From Macrostomum lignano (taxonomy: Eukaryota): a stretch of 64,000 nucleotides of DNA. Of the stretch, positions 12,101 to 21,727 are shown one piece after another. The position numbers were made by a program, and so were the translations under genes. Numbering within the stretch: the stretch's first letter is position 1; the number at the start of each line of letters is the position of its first letter. The notes beneath the pieces were generated by a model. The model was not told where the DNA came from and made no database searches. It saw only the letters and a program-made list of their open reading frames with translations. The DNA is taken from NCBI GenBank assembly GCA_002269645.1, contig NIVC01003142.1, positions 1 to 64,000 of the forward strand, written 5' to 3'.

Positions 12101-15100
12101 CGGGTGCCAGCAGGCGAGGCTGTACTGCTGGAATGTCGAGCTGTTGGAGATCCGCAGCCTCTGGTCACCTGGAGCAGAAACGGTTCGCAAATCTATTGGA
12201 ATAATCCGCTCTACCGGCTGCTGAGCTCCGGGAGTTTGCGGATCTCCAATGCACAGTGAGTGAGACAAGATATCGATAGATCTAAGAGATAGTTTCCAAA
12301 TCAATTAGCGTTAAATTTCGATGCCCAACTTCGGGCGTTCAAACTCAAGGTCAAACGATGCTGGAATGTTCCGCTGCACAGCCAGAAACTCGGCGGGCAC
12401 GGCGGTTCAAGATCATTGGCTGGAGGTGATAGGTGAGAGAACCCAGGTGATAAAAGTACAAGTAGGACTTTGTGTTTCAGATTTTGCCACTTTAGGTGCT
12501 AGTAGACATACTATTTTTGGTGTCAACAGTGACGATGTAAGTGTCAGGGTGCACTTTAGCTACGTGTCAATATGTACTTTAGATAGGTTTAAAGATGCAC
12601 TTTAGCGAGGTGTCAAAATTTATTTTAGATAGGTTTTAAGATTTACTTTAGCTAGGGGGTCAGTATGTACTTTAGAGAGGTTTTATGATGCACTTAAGCT
12701 ATGTGTCAGTATGTACTTTAGATAGATATTAGGATCCACATTAGCCAGGTGACAGAATGTAATTTAGCTATACGTAGGGATGTACTTTAACTATGGGTCA
12801 GTATGTACTTTAGAGAGGTTTTATGATGCACTTAAGCTGTGTCAGGATGTACTTTAGATAGATATTAGGATGCAATTTAGCCAGGTGACAGAATGTGCTT
12901 TAGTTAGACGTAGGGATGCACTTTAGCTAGATGTCGACGTACTCGATTTTTGTCGTCAAAAGCATTGCTTCATTCCTATTCTAAAACAATAATTGACACA
13001 GATCGGCCAACAGTGGTGGCAGCAGCCCCCGTCGTGACGGTCACCCTGGAGCCCGGTGCGTCACCGGATGCTACACTCCGCTGCGAAGTCCGCAGCGGCG
13101 CCGCTGCCAACTTGTCCTGGCGGAGGAATGACGCCCAGCTGCAATCCTCATCGTCAAGATTCTATCAACAGTCGTCAACAGGTCCCGGCGGAGTTGTGAC
13201 CATGAGCCTGACGATTCGGCAAGTTCGAGTTGATGACGCGGGCCAGTACAGGTGTCTGGCAAGCAATGGGGCTGGCGCGGATTCCGCGGAGGTTCTGCTG
13301 CGAACTCTGGTGCCACCCAGTGTGGCTGATGATCAGGTTGAGGTATGTGCGATTGCAGAGTGACTGCGATTAGACTGGAGTATGGTGAGACAGGACAGAC
13401 ACCAGGACAGACAGACACTAGGACAGACAGACAACAGGACAGACAGACACTAGGACAGACAGACACTAGGACAGACAGACACTAGGACAGACAGACACTG
13501 AGGACAGACAGACACTGAGGACAGACAGACAACAGGACAGACAGACACTAGGACAGACAGACACTAGGACAGACAGACACTAGGACAGACAGACACTGAG
13601 GACAGACAGACACTGAGGACAGACAGACACTAGGACAGGCAGACACTAGGACAGGCAGACACTAGGACAGACAGACACTGAGGACAGACAGACACTAGGA
13701 CAGGCAGACAGAATTCCTCTCTCGGACTCTCCCAGGTTGCGGGGCCACCCGAGGTGTCCCACGCGGCGGCGCCCAACTACCAGTTCTTCATGAACGGCTG
13801 GATGCAGTTGCGCTGTCAGTCCAGCGGCCGACCGCCTGCCCGGATTTTCTGGTACCGCAACGGCAGGCGCATCAGCTCGGAGACGCCGCCTGCCACTGGC
13901 TCGGGCTCTCACTCGGTGTACAGGCTCGGGCCGGACGACTCGGGTCTGTACGAGTGCGAGGCCGAGAACTTAGCCGGACGCAAGAGAAAAATTGTTGCCA
14001 ACGTCACAGTGCTGGGTGAGAAGCTTTGAGTAGCGAATTGGAGTTAAAATGTTACAAGTACTCGTAGTATAAATTAAAGAATACTAGAGACACAAGTAGT
14101 ATACTACCTATAGTAGGATAATTAGTATATGTGCGACGAAAAATACCCTGGGAGGCAAAAATGACTACTTGAGTGAATATAAAGTCAGCAAATACTGTAT
14201 AAGTAAAAAGTATTGAGTCTATAAATACTACTAGAGTGACATGTATTTATTAAGTGACAATACTAGAGTGATAACTAATACTGCAGTGACAAGTAATACT
14301 AGAGTGACAAGTAATACTAGAGTGACAGGTAATACTAGAGTGACAAGTACATGTAATACTAGAGTGACAGGTAGTACTAGAGTGACAGGTAATACTAGAG
14401 TGACAAGTACATGTAATACTAGAGTGACAGGTAGTACTAGAGTGACAGGTAGTACTAGAGTGACAGGTAGTACTAGAGTGACAGGTAGTACTAGAGTGAC
14501 AGGTAGTACTAGAGTGACAGGTAATTCTAGAGTGACAGGTAGTACTAGAGTGACAGGTAATTCTAGAGTGATGAGAATAACTGGATCGACAAAGGAATAC
14601 TCTCTGGAGTGAAAGAGCCGGATGCACAGTTAAATACTGTAGAAAACTTAATTTACAAACCGGAAACACACCAGGCCCACCGGAAGTACTCAGCCTTGGC
14701 CACTCGACAGATCTGAGCGGCGTGTATCCGGCTGTCACACTGACTTGTCAGATTCAGGGCAGCTTCACTCAGCTCGACTGGACACTGAATGGGCAGCCGT
14801 TGCAGACCAGCGCCGGCAGCAGATTCAGCGACTACGGCAACGGCACCTTGGTGATACGGCGGGCAACTGTGCGTAAAAACAACAGATTTCCTGCGTTTTT
14901 CTACTGTTAGTAGAGCTATAGAGTTATACAGTAGTTTCTTATCAGTGATTCATAAAAAACATCCATAACCAAGGTAAGCAAACCTATTCGAGGTAACACA
15001 ACTCGTATCAAAGGATAAAACAACACTGCATCCAGGGTAACAAAACTCCCAAGGAAAACAACCCATATCAACCCAGAATAACCCCCCTGATTCAAGGTAA

Positions 15101-18100
15101 AAAACTCTGTATCCAAGGTAAGCATCTCCGTATCCAAGGTATGCAACTTCGTATCCAAGGTATGCTACTTCGTATCCAAGGTAAACAACTCTGTATCCAA
15201 GGTAAGCATCTCCGTATCCAAGGTATGCAACTTCGTATCCAAGGTAAACAACTTTGTATCCAAGGTAAACAACTCCGTATCCAAGGTAAGCATCTCCGTA
15301 TCCAAGGTAAACAACTCTGTATCCAAGGTAAACTACTTCGTATCTAAGTTAAACAACTCCGTATCCAAGGTAAACAACTTCGTATCCAAGGTAAGCAACC
15401 TTGTATCCAGGGTAAACAACTCCGTATCCAATTGGTAAACTACTTCGCTTCCAAGATAAAACACATTGTATGTAGGCCGCAGGGTAAGCAATACGCATCC
15501 ACAGTAGACAATTAGTATCCAAGGTAAACAATCCGTACCCAAGGCCTTCCCCTTCCACTCTGCCCACGTAGTCCGCAGACGCAGGCCGCTACACCTGCAT
15601 CGCTCGAAACCCGAGCGGCAGCGGTCGCGCCGAAGCGTCGGTTCCGGCGCCACCGGACGGCCGACCGAGATTTCTCGACGACGACGCCGGCCGACCGAAC
15701 TTTCGGCTCCGGCCGGACAGCCGCTGCGCTTGCGCTGTCCCGGACGTCCGGTTGGCCGTCCGACTCCTCGAGTCTACTGGCTGAAGGACGGTCGACCTCT
15801 GCCAACGTCTTCGACTGGTGCACAGCCGCGGCGGCAGCTGCAGCTGCTCCTGGTCAGTCCCGACCCGGTCGCCGACTCCGGCGTCTACAGGTGCGTCGCC
15901 GAGAATTCGATTGGCGGCTACGCTGAATCGTCGTCAATCCGGCTGAGAATCTTCGTCAACGGCGGCTTCTCTGCCTGGTCGAACTGGTCGCCTTGCAGCG
16001 TCACCTGCGGCCCCGGCGGCTGGACTCGACGGAGCCGACGGTGCGACAGTCCGGCGCCGATGAACGGCGGAGCGGATTGCGTCGGGCTGAGCGTCGAGTC
16101 GAGAGGATGCTGGGAGCGGGACTGCGTCGGTGAGGATTTCGGGACTTTGGCTGTTTCTATAAATCGTGCTGGGGTTCTCGGGGATTTTCTTGGGATTTTT
16201 CAAGGTATTTAGCAGGGATTCTTCGGGGATTTCGCAGGGATTATTCGGGATTTCACAGGGATTATTCGGGGATTTCACAGGGATTCTTCGGGATTTTGCG
16301 AGTTACGCATAAAGCTGAGGTTCTAAAAAATCTAAGAAATGTATATAGCTCGTATTTCATTTCTGTTGTCTCCAAAAGCAGCAAAACAGTAAAAGTACTC
16401 CCAGCAGCGATTGGCTTGCGGTCACGCAAAGCGACTTCTGAGCAGGCATTTAGAAAGCTGTCGGCTTTTCAAAGCAAACTGAATAAAACTGCAATCAATG
16501 ACTTCGGTGCAAAAGCTGCAGAATACGGACCACCAAGCCGAGCTCGAAATCCCTCTGAGGATTTCTATTTTGATTGAATTTTCTAAACCAACTCTTCGGA
16601 AAAGCGATTTCTAAGGCTGATTTAGCTCTGGGAATTTGATTAATTGGGATTTTTTATACAGTGAGCTGCTATCGTTCCCTCCGATCATTTTTGGTGGGGC
16701 TTACAGAGTAATGTCACTGGATGCTGCTGCATGAGAGTCTTACCCTAATCGGCAGCTATACTACTTCTATGTTATGCAGGAGGGGGCCTTCACTGCAGCA
16801 TCCTTGTGAGATCTGCTTCTTTTTTCTATATGCAGCATGGACATAGGAATTTTCTACGGATAGATTAACCCAAGCTTGATAAGTGTGTGTGAATTATTAA
16901 TAATAATGCTTATTGAATCATTTTTAATATCGTATGGTCTCTCTCTGATCAGCTCTCTTAAGGGCTCCTGTACCTGTGTGTTCCCCTTCTGTCTCCCCTT
17001 CTGTCGGTTGTCTCCCCTTGTCTCCCCCTCTGTCTCCCCTTGTCTCCCCTCTGTCTCCCCTTGTCTCCCCCTTCTGTCTCCCCCTTCTGTCTCCCCTTGT
17101 CTCCCCTTATCTCCCCCTCTGTCCTCCCTCTGTCTCCCCCTGTCTCCCCTTCTGTCTCCCCCTCTGTCTCCCCTTGTCTCCCCCTCTGTCTCCCCCTGTC
17201 TCTCCTTCTGTCTCCCCTTGTCTCCCCTTGTCGCCCCCTCTGTCTCCCCTTGTCTCCCCTTGTCGCCCCTTGTCTCCCCTTGTATCCCCTTGTCTCCCCC
17301 TCTGTCTCCCCTTGTCTCCCCCTCTGTCTCCCCTTGTCTCCCCCTCTGTCTCCCCTTCTGTCTCCCCTTGTCTCCCCTTGTATCCCCTTGTCTCCCCCTC
17401 TGTCTCCCCTTGTCTCCCCCTCTGTCTCCCCTTCTGTCTCCCCTTGTCTCCCCCTCTGTCTCCCCCTCTGTCTCCCCTTCTGTCTCCCCTTCTGTCTCCC
17501 ATCTGTCTCCCCTTGTCTCCCCTTCTGTCTCCCCTTGTCTCCCCCTCTGTCTCCCCTTCCGTCTCCCCTTCTGTCTTCCCTTGTCTCCCCCTCGTCTCCC
17601 CTTCTGTCTCCCCCTCTGTCTCCCCTTCTGTCTCTCATTCTGTCTCCTATCTGTCGATCCCTCCGTCTTCCCCTCTGTCTCCCCTGTCGCTTCCCGTTGT
17701 CTCTCCGTCTTCTACGACCAGATTACGCGTAACTCTTATCAACAACTCCACCCCCTATTCAGTCCGTCGCACCTGCGCCCAGTTCGGTCACACCTGTCAG
17801 GCCGGCTGTCAGGACACCCCAACCGGGTTCCGGTGCACCTGCCCTCGAGGCTACTCTCTAGACGAAGCCACCGGGCGACGGTGTCAAGACGTCGACGAGT
17901 GCCTGGCAACTAGCAGACCGCCGCCCTGCCCAGCCTTTGAGCAGTGCCTGAACACCATTGGCAGCTATCACTGTCGGACTATCCAGTGCCCAGCTGGTTA
18001 CGTCTACGACTCTAGGCAAAGGTCGGTCCTGCATTCACAAACTATATGTACATGTATTGTACTGCAGCACAAAACTAGGGGACGCCATACTATACACTCG

Positions 18101-19150
18101 TTTATTGTGCAAAATTGCTGGGTCGCAGACGGCTGCATGAGAAAGGGAGGTTGGTGCTGCAGACGGCTGGGGGAAGGGAGTTGGTGCTGCGGCTGGGAGA
18201 GGAGGGTTGGACGGTGCGGACGGCTGGGGGAGGGAGGTTGGTGTTGCAGACGGCTGGGGGAAGGGAGTTGGTGCTGCGGCTGGGAGAGGAGGGTTGGACG
18301 GTGCGGACGGCTGGGGGAAGGGTGTTGGTGTAAACGGCTGGGGGAGGGGAGTTGGTGCAGACGGCTGGGAGAGGGGGTTGGTGTAAACGGCTGGGGGAGG
18401 GGAGTTGGTGCAGACGGCTGGGAGAGGGGGTTGGACGGTGCGGACGGCTGGGGAGGGGGTTGGTGTAAACGGCTGGGGAGGGGAGTTGGTGCAGACGGCT
18501 GGGAGAGGGGGGTTGGACGATGCGGACGGCTGGGGGAGGGGGTTGGTGCAGACGGCTGGGGGAGGGGGGTTGGTGTAAACGGCTTGGGGGTGTAAACGGG
18601 TTAGAGTGGAAAAAATGCTGGCCCTACCTGATCGAGAGCCACCGAGTGCTCATTGGTGCAAGCGCACCGGGGCACAAAAGTACATGCAAGATACACTAAC
18701 ATCAGCAACAGATTGAAAACACAAACACCGCCCAATCACAGGGTGTGCCTCGAGCCCTGCCGACCAGAGGACCGCAACTGCAACTCGACCAACGGAAACA
18801 GCCTGAAATTCATCGTCATCAACGTACTGCCGAAGCACAACAACTTCACGCTAAAAATCATCGACGCCAGGCATGTGAACGTGAGAAACTGTCACTACAG
18901 ACTGTTGCAGAAGTCAGCTGACGCGCCATTCAACATTCGCAGCAGCTCCGGCCGAGTGACAATAATTCGAACCCCGGACCCCGACCTGGCTGGCAAACTC
19001 GGTCGAATGTTCCAGATGAAGATTAAGGCGGAATGCTACCGCGGCGGCGATAAGCCAATATTTCGCACAACCTTCAATGTGTATATCAGCATAGCGGCTT
19101 ACAACTATGGGATGCCGACTTTGCAGTTCCTGTTTCCCAGGTTCAACTGA
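1..19150 (+). CDS. hmcn: Hemicentin-family extracellular matrix protein, 5'-partial, 19 exons in window (~2,360 codons): N-terminal hemicentin region, ~20 Ig domains, 1 TSP1, EGF/cbEGF, fibulin-type C-terminal domain
   Basis: GT-AG exons with consistent phases: 1-178, 2212-2389, 3533-3893, 4027-4258, 4718-5366, 5561-6282, 6541-7385, 7644-8173, 9182-9972, 10141-10290, 10369-10494, 12063-12255, 12350-12432, 13002-13342, 13736-14015, 14675-14868, 15572-16129, 17763-18021, 18742-19150 (TGA). The first exons read [18 protein letters not shown] / GIPSHLYIN / [25 protein letters not shown], resembling the region after the vWA domain of hemicentins as I recall it. Repeated C...W...DxGxYxC Ig motifs follow. 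Four single-base deletions (~2245, ~4984, ~7370, ~15721) must be corrected. Confidence 0.9.
725..1490 (-). CDS. Secreted C-type lectin domain protein (~255 aa after correcting two 1-bp deletions), intronless, nested antisense in hemicentin intron 179-2211
   Basis: Signal-like [18 protein letters not shown]; CTLD motifs CPNPF..AGKCVFV, TWCE(A)[40 protein letters not shown]. Frames join at ~1338 and ~931. A third frame continues [22 protein letters not shown]...[11 protein letters not shown]...RNYS to TAA at 725-727. The 766 nt plus 2 restored bases give 256 codons. Confidence 0.8.
8178..9130. repeat. (ATTG)n microsatellite filling hemicentin intron 8174-9181
   Basis: Continuous ATTG with ATGG/ACTG variants, starting a few bases after the GTATGT donor. 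Confidence 0.97.
10508..11866. repeat. 12-bp minisatellite (TYWGTGTCTGTC)n, >100 copies, intronic
   Basis: Units TTAGTGTCTGTC / TCAGTGTCTGTC / TCTGTGTCTGTC. It produces the spurious VSVS and QTLR ORFs. Confidence 0.97.
11911..11972 (+). mobile_element. Internally deleted tRNA-derived SINE head
   Basis: A-box-like TAGCTCAGCGG, B-box-like GGTTCGAAT, then ACATTAATTTGGGGCT, which also follows the B box in the full SINE at 59252. Confidence 0.55.
12530..12935. repeat. Degenerate intronic tandem repeat (GTACTTTAG core)
   Basis: Recurrent TGTACTTTAGA / GATGCACTTAG motifs with a longer duplicated block. Confidence 0.7.
13388..13710. repeat. 16-bp minisatellite (GGACAGACAGACACTA)n, intronic
   Basis: About 20 copies with ACTGA variants. 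The reverse complement contains the 12-bp unit of the 10.5-11.9 kb array. Confidence 0.95.
14225..14570. repeat. 18-bp minisatellite (GTARTACTAGAGTGACAG)n, intronic
   Basis: Tandem units visible; source of the STRVTG ORF. Confidence 0.92.
15095..15545. repeat. 21-bp minisatellite (GTATCCAAGGTAAACAACTCC)n, intronic
   Basis: Tandem GTATCCAAGGTA cores every ~21 bp. Confidence 0.92.
15940..16129 (+). other. Single thrombospondin type-1 repeat within the hemicentin CDS
   Basis: [52 protein letters not shown]: WxxWxxCSVTCG and RxRxC motifs. Confidence 0.92.
16165..16295. repeat. Short GGGATT-based tandem repeat (~11/22 bp)
   Basis: GGGATTATTCGGGGATTTCACA-like units just after the donor at 16130. 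Confidence 0.75.
16983..17700. repeat. Pyrimidine-rich (TGTCTCCCCY)n repeat, intronic
   Basis: Continuous TGTCTCCCC units; the P/L/S/V and GETR ORFs are by-products. Confidence 0.95.
17763..19150 (+). other. EGF/calcium-binding EGF exon (17763-18021) and fibulin-type C-terminal exon (18742-19150) of hemicentin
   Basis: [28 protein letters not shown]...[10 protein letters not shown] (DVDEC and NxxGSYxC signature). The terminal exon ends [16 protein letters not shown]..., like fibulin C-terminal modules. Confidence 0.88.
18122..18600. repeat. G-rich minisatellite (GCAGACGGCTGGGGGAGGGGGTTGGT-like), intronic
   Basis: Recurring ACGGCTGGGGGAGGG...TTGGT units with dense G-runs. Confidence 0.9.
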
Positions 19151-19489
19151 CCAATTTCTAAACTTTAGTTGAGTTTGTGTTTTTGTTTTAGAAATTAGCA
19201 GCTTCAATAAGCGACTCAAAGTAGAGTTAATACAATACAAAAAACAAAAAATCAAACTCTGTCTGATACAATTAAATAAGCATGGATGTAATTATAAATA
19301 GAATCGTTGACTGTTTAACTACGCAAACTATATTTATAAGATGACTGATTAATTCAAAATTACAAGCAATTGAAATATATCTTTAATGTGGATAATTTTC
19401 CACATTAAACGCTTATAGTTAATCAAAATTAAGGTGCAGAAGTGACTTTTCAACCACTTTGAAGGCATGAACATTTTTTGTTTACTCCT

Positions 19490-20430
19490 ATCGGGCTGTG
19501 ACCTATGGGTACGATCGGGTCATGACCTTTTGGGTATAATCGGGTCATGAACTTTTGGATATGATCGGGTCATGACCTATGCGTAGGATCGGGTCATGAC
19601 CTTTTGGGTACGATCGGGCCATGACCTTTTGGGTATAATCGGGTCATGACCTTTTGGATATGATCGGGTCATGACCTATGCGTAGGATTGGGTCATGACC
19701 TTTTGGGTATAATCGGGTCATGAACTTTTGGATATGATCGGGTCATGACCTATGCGTAGGATCGGGTCATGACCTTTTGGGTATAATCGGGTCATGACCT
19801 TTTGGATATGATCGGGTCATGACCTATGCGTAGGATCGGGTCATGACCTTTTGGGTATAATCGGGTCATGACCTTTTGGATATGATCGGGTCATGACCTA
19901 TGCGTAGGATCGGGTCATGACCTTTTGGGTATAATCGGGTCATGACCTTTTGGGTATAATCGGGTCATGACCTTTTGGGTATAATCGGTTCATGACCTTT
20001 TGAGTATAATCGGGTCATGACTTTTTGGGTATAATTGGGTCATGGCCTATACTTTTGGGTATAATCGGGTCATGACCTTTTGGGTATAATCGGTTCATGA
20101 CCTTTTGAGTATAATCGGGTCATGACTTTTTGGGTATAATTGGGTCATGGCCTATACTTTTGGGTATAATCGGGTCATGAACTTTTGGATATGATCGGGT
20201 CATGACCTATGCGTAGGATCGGGTCATGACCTTGTTGGGTATAATCGGGTCATGACCTTTTGGATATGATCGGGTCATGACCTATGCGTAGGATCGGGTC
20301 ATGACCTTGTTGGGTATAATCGGGTCATGACCTTTTGGGTATAATCGGGTCATGACTTTTTGGGTATAATCGGGTCATGACTATTTGGGTATGATCGGGT
20401 CATGACTTTTTGGGTATGATTGGGTCATGA
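19490..20430. repeat. 25-bp minisatellite (RATCGGGTCATGACCTTTTGGGTAT)n with a 3-unit higher-order pattern
   Basis: Core ATCGGGTCATGAC. The variants ...TTTTGGATAT / ...TATGCGTAG / ...TTTTGGGTAT cycle in order. Confidence 0.95.
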
Positions 20431-21084
20431 CCTAACTTGAGCTTATTAGGTAATTATTTGTACATGCCCTTTCCGTTTCATGACCTCTAATGAACTATAA
20501 TTGGCTCTAATTACATAGAGCAGTAGTATGATGGTTTCAAACAAGAAGAAATGAAAATGACGTCAGTGAAAGTTACGAGTAAATTGATACAGATTAATGT
20601 GCTTACAATGGCAGCAGCAGCAACAGCAGAAGAGAAGCACTATAGCAAGTGTGCAAATCTACCCTATGTAATAAGGATTTTTTTCAAATTCCAAACAAAA
20701 AATGCTCTCAGTTGGAGTGCTACAATAGAGCTAGAAGTACAAAAAACTTTTCTTGATAACGCATCGGGAAGACAGACACTTTGCCCACTAGATAGCTACA
20801 GGCAGTGAGGCGAATCAAGCGAGGAAATAGCATATTATTGGCATAAACCACCCGTAAATCTTATACACAGGCTATATAAGTCACTGCCCAATCAAGTGCT
20901 TTACGATATGTATCGTAAAACAGGTTTTACACTACTAGACGTACAAAAGATTCTTTGGGTTTCCTAGAAAGAAAAACACTTAATGATTCACCATTTATAT
21001 TTGATATTATACTTGTAGACGTTTAAAAGCCATAGACAATTGCAATTCATTACAGACACACTTAAGCCACACGCAATTACAATT

Positions 21085-21635
21085 AACTACAGAATATAAA
21101 AGCCATAGACAATTGCAATTAACTACAGACTTATAAAAGCCATAGACAATTGCAATTATTTACAGACTTATAAAAGCCATAGACAATTGCAATTGACTAC
21201 AGACTTATAAAAGCCATAGACAATTGCAATTGACTACAGACTTATAAAAGCCATAGACAATTGCAATTGACTACAGACTTATAAAAGCCATAGACAATTG
21301 CAATTGACTACAGACTTATAAAAGCCATAGACAATTGCAATTGACTACAGACTTATAAAAGCCATAGACAATTGCAATTGACTACAGACTTATAAAAGCC
21401 ATAGACAATTGCAATTAACTACAGACTTATAAAAGCCATAGACAATTGCAATTAACTACAGACTTATAAAAGCCATAGACAATTGCAATTAACTACAGAC
21501 TTATAAAAGCCATAGACAATTGCAATTAACTACAGACTTATAAAAGCCATAGACAATTGCAATTAACTACAGACTTATAAAAGCCATAGACAATTGCAAT
21601 TAACTACAGACTTATAAAAGCCATAGACAATTGCA
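21085..21635. repeat. 37-bp minisatellite (CAGACTTATAAAAGCCATAGACAATTGCAATTRACTA)n, ~14-15 copies
   Basis: Head-to-tail copies without spacers, lying between the convergent hemicentin and NDRG 3' ends. Confidence 0.96.
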
Positions 21636-21727
21636 ATTAATCATCCCAAAAATGAGCATAACAGCTGAATGTAAAACACAAATCAATATATATTCGCTAA
21701 GACATAAACAAAAATTATTTATTTGGT

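Noticed and set aside
16296-16577. Possible hidden G2F exon between TSP1 and EGF
   Set aside because: No nidogen-G2-like sequence or convincing splice sites, and the flanking exons already join in phase.
21085-21635. CRISPR-like array (37-bp, partly palindromic repeat)
   Set aside because: Units are head-to-tail with no unique spacers, there are no cas genes, and the context is eukaryotic. The same applies to the 22-, 23- and 25-bp arrays.
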